Assembly: GCF_902713615.1 (NCBI RefSeq)
Contig: NC_052157.1
Coordinates: 130,243,425-130,307,424 of the forward strand
DNA from: Scyliorhinus canicula
Taxonomy: Eukaryota
Length of the DNA stretch: 64,000 nucleotides
Reading direction: 5' to 3'
Shown here piece by piece: positions 26,069 to 37,842 of the stretch. The number at the start of each line of letters is the position of its first letter. Within the stretch, counting starts at the first letter, position 1. The translations under genes and the position numbers were made by a program. Below the pieces are notes generated by a model that saw only the letters and a list, made by a program, of their open reading frames with translations, ran no database searches and was not told the origin of the DNA.

Positions 26069-28489
26069 TCATCAGCAGAAGGGCGGGGAGGGGTTTAGTT
26101 TAGCTTAGAGTAGGGGGTTAATAAAGGTGGGACCTGTAAGGGAGGGAGACGGCTTTTGCACTATGTTTATAGTTTCATGTACATTGTTCATTTTGTTGTT
26201 GCTATAATACCAAAAATACCTCAATAAAATGTTTATTAAAAAAAAACCAAGGTCTGACAGATAGATGTGACTGTGCAATAGGTAAAATGTGATACCAAAA
26301 ACAAGATGTTGCAGAAAGTAAAGTAAATGGATGTAACAGAACTGAGCACTGAATCACAGCTTCAAATAAACAATCATGTTTGGCACACACTGGAAAATCT
26401 TATCAAGTGAACAGGAGTGAAAGGGAAATATCAGATTGCATCTTTTACCAATAAAATATTTTGAGATGGATAGATTCTGCAGCAGCAGCATGTGTTAGGA
26501 ATGACACCTGACCTAACAGCCAAAATATTCTTCTGGAAAATATGCATGTCACTCGAATGTGACCTGAATGTCAGTCCCAATCCCAATGCTACAAATGGCA
26601 CAGGAGAGAAAGGGTAGGGAGACAGGAAACAGCAGAGTAGGGATATTAAGGAATTCAGATATAAACTAATTGATGCTTACACCTGATTTGGTTCCTTATA
26701 ATACAATTGATTTAAGATCGGGATTCACGCATTTAACTAGTGCAACTTAAGCAGGCAATAAAACTCTTAATTACATTTCTAAATGCATCAATAAACTTTT
26801 CTAATGTAAATTGTTGAAGTGCTGTAGAGTGGGAATTGTGATGTGGAATATTCTCACTGGTCGCTTTGTGAGAGATTCCTTTGTCCACCGATACCCTAAA
26901 AAGAAAGGTCATAGAGCACATTAACATCTTTGTTCAATTTGACCCCTATGTTTTCTTTCTGAAACAACAGTCCACATAGAACCACGCTGAGAAAAGTGTA
27001 GGAGTGGGAGAGATGTTCATCATTTTTTTGTTTTTTTGTTTTGTCCTAAGTGTAACTGCTTTATTTTTGTAGCACAAATTTAAACAAAAGCAATATAGGC
27101 ATAATTATGGCTTTAGTTTTTAAATATGTCTCTCTGTACAGTAATGTTTCCAATGCATGTGGTTTTAATTGTAAAAATGCGGTTACTATATGCATCAGTG
27201 GATCTTTCTTCCTCCATGGTTAGGCCAATGTAAATTCAGGAGAAGCCTTAATGTGATTATTCCAATGGGTGTAATGTCAGCATGGGAACAATGCACAGAA
27301 AAACGCTTGTTCAAGATAGTCAACTGAACTTCTGAATTGGGGGGGGGCGCGGGTGGGGGTGGGGGAGAACTACATAAGCAAACTGTGCAGAAAAATGCCC
27401 ATTTGTTTTTGTTTTCATGCTCAGGATGTGGGCTCTGCAAGCAAGAATGGAAGTTATTGCTCATCCCCAGTTGACGTAGCAGTTTGATACGACTCAATGG
27501 CTTATTAATAGGCAACTTGAGGGTAGTTAAGAGAAAAACCACATTGGTGTGGCACTGGAGTTACACATAGGTCAGACTGGGTAAGGATTGTGAATTTCCC
27601 CCATAGGACATTAGTGAAACATTTAGGTTTGTAAGGCAAACTTTGACTGCATTTACCGCTAATTATTTTTAAACCAAAATAAATTCCACCAAATTCAAGT
27701 TGTGGTGGGGTTTGAACTCGCCGTCTCCAGATCGTTCCATCATTGGATTGCTTTATTTTCAATTTTATTTGCAGTAGTTTGGCCTTTCTTTAATCACTCA
27801 ATTTCTGAACTGATGAGTTCTTTGTAGCCATGTACTTATTATTCTTCTGTCCAAAAGAGCCGGCATGCAATCTGTATAACCTCTGCTCACTTTGGACACT
27901 AATGTTATGAATGCGCAATGGGAGCCTGAGGTAATCCACCCTTAAGTTTGGTTTTACTTTTTTCCATTCTCACATGAATAAATATCTGGCCTCTATTCAA
28001 TCCAATATTCAGAATTTTGTTAAGGTCAGGAACACACTGGAAATCACATCCTGTACATTGCACACAATACATTCATTATCGTTGCCATTAAACTGATTTT
28101 TGTTCCATTTGTTATATTAGGTTCATTGCTTTATGACCCGTTGTCAACATTTGATAGAATAAAACTATCTTATATAAAAAACAAAACATTCCTTGGGAGC
28201 AAACGGAAAGTTTCAAATTGCATAAGACCATTTCCAAACACCATAATCTGTCAATATGACTCAGTTGCTAACTTAGTCATGTTCTTCAAACAGTGAAATT
28301 GAACTGAAAACTTCAGCGAAAGGAAGCAACATTATACTTAACTGAGTAAGGGAGTCAACCATATGCAGTTGATGGACCTCTGGTTTAAATCCAACTTGTG
28401 TTATCCTGCTCTAAAAGTTCCCTTGTGAAAGCAGCATTCATTAAAGTGGAACTGAACTTTTGAGAGAAATCAGATAAATGTGGACACGG

Positions 28490-28672
28490 GGCAGGAGTCT
28501 CTGTCCTGCCAGCCTTGTTTCCTGTGTGGCGCACCCTCACTGGCAGCGGGATTCTCCATTCCTGCAACCAGCCAAGGAGGTTTCCCATTGTGGCAACCCC
28601 ACACCGTTGGGAAACCCGCGGACTTGGGTGTGCTGCCAGCAAAGGGGAGGAACCCGCCGACGGAGAATCTTG
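28490..28672. mobile_element. Short Harbinger-type MITE
   Basis: Homologous to 6580-6765 (ggcgggattctccatt, cccattgtggc, ggagaatc). Confidence 0.65.
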
Positions 28673-28704
28673 CAGATGATATGTTAGCTGATATGGAGAC
28701 AATG

Positions 28705-29000
28705 ATGATCTTTGTCAGTGTCACAAGTAGGCTTATATTAACACTGCAGTGAAGTTACTGTGAAAATCCCCCAGTCGCCACACTTCGGCGTCTGTTCTGG
28801 TACACGGAGGAAGAATTCAGAATGCCCAATTCACCTAACAAGCATGTCTTTCGGGACTTGTGGGAGGAAACCGGGACGCCCGGAGGAAACCCACGTAGGC
28901 ACGGGGAGAACGCACAGACAGTGACTCAAGTCGGGAGTTGAACCCTGGTCTCTGCCGCTGTGAAGCAACAGTGCTAACCATTGTGCTGCCGTGCCACCCC
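28705..29000 (-). mobile_element. V-SINE with the alternative tail shared with the second SINE family
   Basis: V-SINE head and core followed by ggggattttcacagtaacttcactgcagtgttaatataagcctacttgtgaca. Confidence 0.8.
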
Positions 29001-29044
29001 TACAAATACTTGAGTGGTATTTGGTATGATGAACGTTACCATAT

Positions 29045-29245
29045 TCCTGGAGGACAATAGGCTGCTTTCCCCTTTGAGAGAGAGAGAACTGACTGGTGGT
29101 GATTTAACCCGAGGGTCACAACACATGCGAGGGGCAAAGTTGAGAAGGCGGGGCCTTCATGAATAACCTCAGTCGGTACGGGAATTGAACTCGTGCCGTT
29201 GGCCTCATTCTGCATCGCAAATGAGCCGTCCAGCTAACTGACTCC
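29045..29245 (-). mobile_element. tRNA-derived SINE (third family)
   Basis: Homologous to the SINE split by the LTR at 40165-41190 (gaggttattcatgaagg, aaaggggaaagc). Confidence 0.7.
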
Positions 29246-29488
29246 CGTTTGGTATGATAATAGGGTGGCCTATACACATTTTGAACATTATAAAGTTGGA
29301 TGAGATTTGAAAACAGTATCAATGAAAGTTCTGCTGGCACCCTATATGGTGAAGCAGTGGATTAAGTTCCAAATGAATCCGTCTCAGAACTATGCTGCTT
29401 TTCAATTCGATTAATGGCCTGGATGTTGACACAAAGGAATTTCAAGTTTGTAAATCATGCCAAGATAAAGAGCGATGTCATCTTCTCC

Positions 29489-29820
29489 CATGGTGGTTAG
29501 CATAAATGCTTCACAGCTCCAGGGTCCCAGGTTCGATTCCCGGCTGGGTCACTGTCTGTGCGGAGTCTGCACGTCCTCCCCGTGTGTGCGTGGGTTTCCT
29601 CCGGGTGCTCCGGTTTCCTCCCACAGTCCAAAGATGTGCGGGTTAGGTGGATTGGCCATGCTAAATTGCCCGCAGTGTCCTAAAAAGTAAGGTTAAGGGG
29701 AGGGGGGTTGTTGGGTTACGGGTATAGGGTGGATACGTGGGTTTGAGTAGGGTGATCATTGCTCGGCACAACATCGAGGGCCTAAGGGCCTGTTCTGTGC
29801 TGCACTGTTCTATGTTCTAT
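29489..29820 (+). mobile_element. HE1-type V-SINE
   Basis: Near-identical to 76-422; tail ttctatgttctat. Confidence 0.9.
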
Positions 29821-29959
29821 CACCTCAGAACCCGGCTAAGGACCTATCTTACTGTATGGCATTTAGTCATGGGTAAGCCGATCCCTTGCCTTTAATTCTC
29901 ATCCTTACTTGCTCACGGATGTAAAATCAGTCAGTACACAGCCCCAGTGTCCTATTTGA

Positions 29960-30445
29960 GCGCAGGCTGAGTTTTTATATCATATCCATTGCCAGAACCA
30001 CATTTCTACATTCATACCATTCCTTGTTTAATGCTCTATTTTCATCACAGAAATTCTGCATCCATCCCCACACCGTCTTCCTATCTAAAATGTATTATTC
30101 CAAAGCTCTCCTTATAAGCCTCCTGACTTCCAAACTCTATAAATTCCAACTCCAGTCCAGGTCCAATCCTTCCTAAGTCACGCATCCATTGCCATGACGT
30201 GCGGGGCTCCCCTCCAATGCATTAATTTAAAATCATTGTTAACAGTTTTAGCATCTTCCATGCCTAACCCCATCATACTTCTCCAAATGAACATACCCCT
30301 CTAATGCTCTGCCTCAACCCACCCCGTCCCACCATCGGTAGCAGAAACAACCCCACTCTCGCAAATTTTCTCTGATCTAAAAACTTCCATGTCTTCATCT
30401 TTCTCTATAGTTTTGAATGCCTTCTTCAAACCAAGCCTTCAGTAG
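29960..30445 (+). mobile_element. Decayed L2-like LINE 3' fragment
   Basis: Degenerate ORF2 C-terminal signature (ctctataaattccaactcc, atttaaaatcattg, cttcttcaaaccaagccttc). Confidence 0.45.
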
Positions 30446-30471
30446 CTTCTCGCACCGGACACACAAAGAAA

Positions 30472-30615
30472 TGGGGCTGAATTCTCCACCGCTGGGATTC
30501 TCCATTTTGCCGGCAGTCCGGGGGTTTCCCAACGGCTCGGCCTGCCCCACAATGGGAAACTCCATTCCGCAGCCGGCGAAACGGAAAATCCCGATGGTGT
30601 GCCGCACCAGAAATC
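30472..30615. mobile_element. Short Harbinger-type MITE
   Basis: TIR gggctgaattctcc; interior homologous to 12234-12402. Confidence 0.65.
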
Positions 30616-30786
30616 CGTCCAAAGTCTCCATTCTTTGCTTTCTCAAGTGTCATGGGGCCTCTTCTCCATTAAATATTCTTGCTATGATTCAGAATTCTTT
30701 GGCTATCAATAACAAATACTTGGACATGCATGTGTTTTGCAGATGCTTGCTTTAGAGTCGTTATTCCCTCAGCCAGCCCATACAGG

Positions 30787-33700
30787 TGTGATGATATGCA
30801 GAAGGCAAGTTTGTTCATAATGTTATGCATGCCCTCCGACCACCAGGTGGTAGCGTAAACTCATGACTTGACCCTGTGGTCTGGGAGTAGGTCGTGCTGG
30901 AGGATAGGCATATTTTGCAGTAGTTTCACAATAGTTAATTAGTGTTAGTAGTTTATTATTTTATTTATCCTAGTTATCTTATCACGCCGTTCTTCGACAG
31001 TAAATCATTTAAACTAAACGTTCTGTAGTTCATCATTCACTTCGGCCAGACTACAGAACATGACAAGGTACCACGATTGATAATTTAGAAAGAACTAGAA
31101 GATTGTGTAAAAAATCCAAACCACTGAAGATAACTCTCAGGATAAGGAAGGAAACGTATCTTTGCTACTAACCTTGCAAGCTATGGGCATCTGGTGCTCA
31201 ACGTGCGGTAAAACTTCGAAGCCTGGGATCGAAGGCATCAAGGCACCTCAACAGCTCCGGATTACCGGTAATATAGACGAGAATTGGAGCATGTTTAAGC
31301 AGCAGTTTGAATTCTATGTTGCAACACTTGGTCTACAGGCACAGCCCGTTGAGAGGAGTATTGCGTTGCTGCTCACTGTAACAGGTCCCAAAGCAACTGA
31401 AATCTTCAATACTTTTGTATTTGAAAACGAGACTGACAGTATAAGCTTCCATGAAGTTCTTAAACAATTTGATCAGCACTGCTCCCCTAGAAAAAATGAA
31501 ACCTTCGATCGCTGTATATTCCGTACATGCACCCAGAGTGCAGGAGAGGTATTCGATAGCTTCCTCACTAACTTGCGATTGAAGGCGCAGTCGTGCAACT
31601 GCAGCACACTCCAGGCGTCGATGATACAGGATCAGATAGTTTTCAGAATCTCCAATGATAAAATGCGTGAGCGCCTTCTGCGGAAAACAGATCTGCAACT
31701 TGAAAATGGGATTCAAAAATGTTATGCTAGTGAGCTTGCTGCAAAGCATCTCAACAAGTTGAATCTCTGTAATCTTCACTCGAAGGCAGAAGAGGCGGCA
31801 TATACATTTAGTGTGGTGACGCAGCTGAATAAGAAACGTGCTTCCAGTGCGGGCAGCCATTTTGAGCAGCCAACTCGATCTTCCATTTTGTGTCTGCGAT
31901 GTGGCAAAGCGCATTTGCCATGGCAATGCCCTGCTTATGGTGAAACATGTGCCACCTGTAATTGCAGGAATCATTTTGCAACGCAATGTTATACAAGGAG
32001 AAGGCCCACAAATTGAAAGAGTGTGTCTTGGGCTCATTAATGGGCTGACAGAGTTCCATGATTATGTGTATGGGCTTCCAAACTTCATTGTGGAGACTGA
32101 CCACAAGCCACTGGTCACCATCATAAAAATAAATCTTAGTGCGATGTCGCCGAGACTCCAATGCATGTTCATGAAGTTGCAGCATTACGATTTTGAATTG
32201 GTGCATATGTCAGGTAAATATCTTATCGTTGCTACCGGCAATGAGGAACCACTCCAGCTGGATGGGGACGTATAGGTCCACGTACACATGGTGACAGAAT
32301 CTCTTCCAGTAAGTCAGAAGTAATTAAAGAGGAACTGCCAAGGACATTATCTTGCAGAAAGTATATCCATGAAGGATGGCCCAAAGGATCATGTTCGAGT
32401 TTCTATAACATTTGAGCAAAATTAAGTGACATGAATGGATTTTTGTTGCGGAATCAGCGGATTGTCATTCCACAGGCATGGCGGTCAATGATCCTCATCG
32501 AGTTGCATAAAGGGCACTTAGGGTTGGAAAAGTACAAGAGGAGGCTTGACCTGCGATCAACCAGGACATTGAGCTGATGGTGGAGAACTGTGAAACATGC
32601 CAAATATTTCAGCGTAGGCAGAGCAAGGAACCTATGCAGATGGGCGAGACAGTCACTACCCCATGGCAGAAGGTTGGCATGGATCTGTTCCATTTCAATG
32701 GAAAGGAGTACCTTCTGATCATAGACTATTTCTTGAACTGCCCGGAGATAGTGCAGTTGCCGAATTCTATGGCAAGACGTGTTATTAAGAACGTCAAATA
32801 CATTTTTGCGTGACTTTCCAAATGCGGTCATGAGCGATAATGGTTCTTGTTTCGATTGCTATGAATTGACACAATTTGCGCGGCAGTATAATTTCCAACA
32901 TGTTACTTCCAGCCCGCATTACCTCAGTCAAAAGGCAAGGCTGAAAAGGGAGTGCATATCGTCAAACAACTCCTAAAGAAAGCGCTCAACAGTCGCGATG
33001 ATACCTATCGTGCGCTCCTCAGCAATCGTTCTGAACCGCTAGCCAATGGTCTCTCACCTGCTCAAATGTCGATGAAGAGACAACTATGAAAAACTCTACC
33101 TCATTTTCCTCATAAGCCCATGAACCACAGGGTAACAAGACAATTGACTTCTCAGAAAAGGAGGCAGAAAAGACCTAAACTTCTGCAGCCAGAGGATACG
33201 GTGAGAGTAGACGACTCCAGAGGCACTGGATGGTCCAAACAGGCAAAGGTACTGCGACCAGCAGGTCCAAACTCATAGCCCATTATTACGGGTGAAGGTG
33301 TTGTGTAGAGAAGGAATAGAAGAGCTTTGCTCAAAGTGCGGCAACTGTTTGTGATGCAACCAACAGAAGAAGCATGCAAAAGTCCTAGAACATACAGAAC
33401 AAACACAGCAAGAGGATCATAGAATTTACAGTGCAGAAGGAGGCCATTCGGCCCATCGAGTCTGCACCGGCCCTTGGAAAGAGCATGATACGTCAATCGA
33501 TGAAGAACATCAAACTCTAGCAACAAACACTAAAGAGCATGAAGAACCTTTGCCAGTTCACCAGACAATGAGAAGGTCTACAAGAATAAGACGCAGAAAG
33601 ACTGAACTTGTAACACATTGCAAAAACAAAATTCTGTTTTTGCTCTCATATCATGATGAAATGTAAAAAGTAATTTAATACATGTAAATAATTTCACTTT

Positions 33701-34005
33701 TCCAAAGGAAAGGGGATGTGATAATATGCAAAAGGCAAGTTTGTACATAATGTTATGCATGACCTCCGACCACCAGGTGGCAGTGTAAACTCATAATGTA
33801 ACCCTGTGGTCTGGGAGTTGGGAGTAGGTCATGCTGGAGGATAGGTGTATTTTGCAGTAGTTCCACAATAGTTAATTAGTGTTGAGTTTATTATTTTATT
33901 TATCCCAGTTATCTTACCACGCAGTTGTTCTACAATAAATCATTTCAATTAAATGTTCTGCAGATGTGAACATCATTCACTTCGACCAGTTTACAGAACA
34001 TGACA
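30787..34005 (+). mobile_element. Ty3/Gypsy provirus with two LTRs; protease and RT deleted
   Basis: LTRs 30787-31065 and 33717-34005 (TG...CA); PPT aaaggaaagggga; near-TSD acagg/acggg. Gag ORF 31162-32016 has two CCHC knuckles, followed by an RNase H end (ETDHKPLV) and integrase pieces (PWQKVGMDLF, SDNG, TSSPHY). Confidence 0.93.
31162..32016 (+). CDS. Gypsy Gag (open ORF; annotated start is TTG, first ATG at 31183)
   Basis: ENWSMFKQQF, IQDQIV and CLRCGKAH...CPAYGETCATCNCRNHFATQC. Confidence 0.8.
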   Translation: MLLTLQAMGIWCSTCGKTSKPGIEGIKAPQQLRITGNIDENWSMFKQQFEFYVATLGLQAQPVERSIALLLTVTGPKATEIFNTFVFENETDSISFHEVLKQFDQHCSPRKNETFDRCIFRTCTQSAGEVFDSFLTNLRLKAQSCNCSTLQASMIQDQIVFRISNDKMRERLLRKTDLQLENGIQKCYASELAAKHLNKLNLCNLHSKAEEAAYTFSVVTQLNKKRASSAGSHFEQPTRSSILCLRCGKAHLPWQCPAYGETCATCNCRNHFATQCYTRRRPTN

Positions 34006-34897
34006 ACGGGGTTGGACAACCATAGGCAAATGAGAGGAGACTGAACTGCAGGAATAGGCAATTATTTTGCACAGACCTAAAACAGTGGGCATTACGGCAG
34101 AACAGATTATCTGATCATTGTGGCACAGCTCTTTTTAAGATCTTACTATGCACAAATTAGCTAAAATCTTTCCCACATTGCAACAGTAACTACACTTCAA
34201 TGAAAGTATATAAGTGCAAGCATTTCTTTTTCGGTTTTCTAATCTCAGAAATGTACAATGAACTCTAGTTGACCAATTATTGTATCTTATTCCTGCAGTT
34301 CAAAATATTGCAGATCAGTTCAATATTCTCCTTTAATAAAAATTAAACACTCAAATATACAAATAAATGCTCAATATTTCAGAGGAATTATGATCTTCTG
34401 AAACATCAGAATCTGAACTGGATTGATACCAATGAAAAGTTATTACTTTCAGAACCCAATTATCCCAGACTATACATCAATAGCCTACTAATAATCTTTT
34501 CATTTGTGAGTTATGAACATTGCTGGCAAGGCCAGCATTTATTGCCAATCCCAAATTGCGCTTCAGAAGGTGGTGATGAGTACCTCTTGAGCCAGTGTGG
34601 TTAAGTACAGTGTTCTTAGGGAGGGAGTACCAAGATTTTAATCCAGCAACAATGAATGAACAACAATAAATGTCCAAGCCATACTCAGTTGTCCCTTAGT
34701 GGCCAAAGGTTTAGGTGGGATTATGGGGATAGGCGGGAAGCTCTTCCGAAGGGTTGATGCAGACTCGATGGGTCGAATGGCCTCCTTCTGCACAATAGTG
34801 ATTCTATGATTCTGGTCCAGTTCAGTTTGTGATCAGTGTTAACCCCCAGGATGTTGATAGTGATCTTAATTGACCCAATAAATACCGGGTATTTATC

Positions 34898-35138
34898 CGG
34901 GTGCTCTGGGTGCTCCGGGTGCTCCGGTTTCCTCCCACAGTCCAAAGATGTGCGGGTTAGGTGGATTGGCCATGCTAAATTGCCCGTAGTGTCCTAAAAA
35001 GTAAGGTTAAGGGGGGTTTGTTGGGTTACGGGTATAGGGTGGATACGTGGGTTTGAGTAGGGTGATCATGGCTCGGCACAACATCGAGGGCCGAAGGGCC
35101 TGTTCTGTGCTGTACTGTTCTATGTTCTATGTTCTATG
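34898..35138 (+). mobile_element. 5'-truncated HE1 V-SINE
   Basis: V-domain with a triplicated gggtgctc and a (ttctatg)n tail. Confidence 0.88.
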
Positions 35139-36464
35139 ATTAAGACAAAACTTTCTAATTTTCTCCTTAACTGTGTTCAACTGACAGAGATTAATCCCAT
35201 TTTTTATTTCTGCTCTTTCTATGTTGTGCCCATCCAGTCAATACAGCAGACAGCTTGAGATTTAACCAACAAATTTAAAGCCCGTAGGCCAAGATGTTGT
35301 GGTCAATGTGAACAAGCAACACTGGCCATTCATTACATTTGCCCACAGACTGGGCACTGGAATGGATTGTGAATGGAAATCCAAAACAGCGCAGTGCCCT
35401 CGATGCAGGATCTGGAACCCATGTAAACAGGTTAACAAATCAGATTGATGAATCCTTAAGTCAAATCCTGTACAGAAAATACAATAAAGAAAGGGAAGGG
35501 AATTGGGATTAAGAGAGAGGTAAAAGATATGGAAAGAAAAAGTTTACAAGACCTAATTAACGTTTAAAAGTTTTAAAAGTCTGCAACAGTATTTACAACC
35601 TGAAGGAATGAGATTCCATGTTTGTCAAAGTCAATATCCAGTACCAAAGAGGTTATTTGTCAGCAATTAAGACTTACCACACTTAAAAATTTAGTTACAC
35701 TTGGATGGACATGCCTTAAATTGTTTCAGCATGTGCAGTGGACATGTAGTGGTAAGTATCACGATCTTTCCTGAATTCGAATGTCCAGTTTCCCAGAGAG
35801 CTGCTGATATCACGATTCTTGTGAAGGAGCTGGGCAGCAGATTCCGTATTTCCATTTTTTGCTGTGCATTTGTCGATACTGGGTGTTACCGTCTTTAATA
35901 ACAGTCACTCCTACTGCAAATCCGAACCAATGTAACTGATTTTAAATCTGCTGCAGGTTGGCCAACACTCTACCTTGTGGAGTAACAGCTCCTAACATTA
36001 CAACAGTGCTGTTGATTATGATGACTAAACCACAGAGACGGTCATAAGCAACTGTCCCAGGATGTCCAAAAGAACTGATCATAGGGCTTTGTCTATTTCC
36101 ATTCCTTATGGAGTTGTACAACCGCTCAAGTGAAGACCCATTGTAACTGGGCAACCAGGGATGCTTGATGCTGCGTCGAACGGGCACATTCATTTAAAGA
36201 GTCAAAAAGAAAATCATTTCATCTGTTCTGAAGCCATTTTAAGCCTCAGTTCCACTATTTGTTTTCCCTGGCACTATAAATTCTAATGCATCTTTTTGCC
36301 AATTGTTTCAACTTTTTTTTATCTGCAGTAACATTACTTCCGTTAGACGATAATACACAAATATCTGTGGTGCTCAGGAGAAGCAAATGGCTAACATCAA
36401 TGTATTCATCTGCTTAGGATCTACAAGAGGTGTCTGTGCCCAGTTCCCAATACCTGCACACCCA

Positions 36465-37448
36465 TGTAGCCACCTAAGATGGACACTGGGCTACAAAATG
36501 GAGAACTGCTAAGGCTGCAGGGAGAAAACAGTCTTAGCAAGGACAAGCAGTTTGCAGAAGACTAATTAGCCTTCTGCACGTACAGAAACCTGTTTGTGGC
36601 CAGGTGCAGAGTGTCAGCCAAAGGTGTAAATGGCAACAAGATCTACATAGTAATGAGGTGATCCAGATCCAGGCCCGCACAATAGAAACATTTAAGTATG
36701 AATGGATACTTTTGAGTAGACGCCCAGACAGAACGGCACCATAGTATCCAACACAAAGAACCATAGGTACCGCCCCACCCATCGAGAAGCGACCCTCAGA
36801 TTGGGGGGTTTGGAAGATATCGATTGGGAAAAGGCCCAATCAATACATGGCAGGTAAAGACCGCCCCAAAGGGGCACGGACTTTGGGGGACCTATAAAAG
36901 TAGACCCCGCACATGGTTCGGTCTGTTTGGCTCCGGCTCTCTGTTTTTGGCTCCGGCTCTCTGCTGTTTTCATCGCTTTGCTGATACATCGCATCCTGAC
37001 TCCAGTTCCATCACCAGCCGTTGAGCCATCAGCCATCGAACTGTAAGTGCCACTACGACGATCGCTACGGGATCCAGACTTTGCTAGACCCTGACAACTT
37101 TAAGTACCTGAGAGTTGCAGACCAAGAACGGGATGAAGGCCTTGCTCCCTGACCTTGCCTGTTCCTGTCTAGATAAGTATTTTAGTTGTTTAGTATTAGA
37201 AGTAAGTTAGTCTCTTTAGCGTATGCATGTGTATTTATTATATTTGTCATAATAAATATCAATCGTTTGGACTTACTAATCGGTGTACAGATTTATTACT
37301 TTGAACCTGACCTTGATATACTTGTGAGGTGTCTAAATACGGCACCTGGCGACTCCTGAGCATAATTACATACACAGAGCCATAGCAGTGTTAAGCACAC
37401 GGCCTTTAAACGGAGGCGTGTTAATACACTCCAGTAAAACGAGCAACA
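36465..37448 (+). mobile_element. Solo LTR (ERV-like)
   Basis: TGTAGCCACC...GAGCAACA; perfect 4-bp TSD ccca; TATA box tataaaag at 36893; AATAAA at 37251. Confidence 0.92.
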
Positions 37449-37537
37449 CCCACATCCTACTTTGATGGATGTTTCATTCAGGCACAAGCTTCAGTTCTGA
37501 AAGTAGACAGTCACAGCAGGTCCAACAGTACAGATAT

Positions 37538-37842
37538 GGCATCGTGGCACAGTGGTTAGCACTGCTGCCTCACAGTGCCTGGGGCCCAGGTTCAATTCCG
37601 ACCTCAGGTGACCATCTGTGTGGAGTTTGCATGTCCCCCCACCGTGTCTGCGTGGGTTTCCTCCGTGTGCTCCGGTTTCCTCCCACAGTCCAAAGATGTG
37701 CTGGTTAGGTGGATTGACCATGCTAAAATTTCTAAATTTGATGGGGTTACAGAGATAGGGCGGGGAAGTGGGCCTAGATTTGGGTGCTCTTCTAGAGACT
37801 CAGTGGGCTGAATGACCTCGTTCTGCACTTTGGGGATTCTAT
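37538..37842 (+). mobile_element. Diverged V-SINE
   Basis: tRNA head, V-domain, CR1-type tail. Confidence 0.85.

Larger units (their letters stand above)
19824..26247 (+). mobile_element. Full-length L1 retrotransposon, inactivated and interrupted by a solo LTR
   Basis: ORF1 from 19975 (coiled coil, LENRSRRQSLRIVG). ORF2 from about 21398: APE endonuclease (GGDFN, RIDFF, SDH), RT, C-terminus to 26068. AATAAA plus A-tail. 12-bp TSD caaggtctgaca at 19812-19823 and 26248-26259. Confidence 0.95.

Noticed and set aside
31333-32037. 234-aa antisense ORF over gag
   Set aside because: Shadow ORF of the retroelement; no independent evidence.
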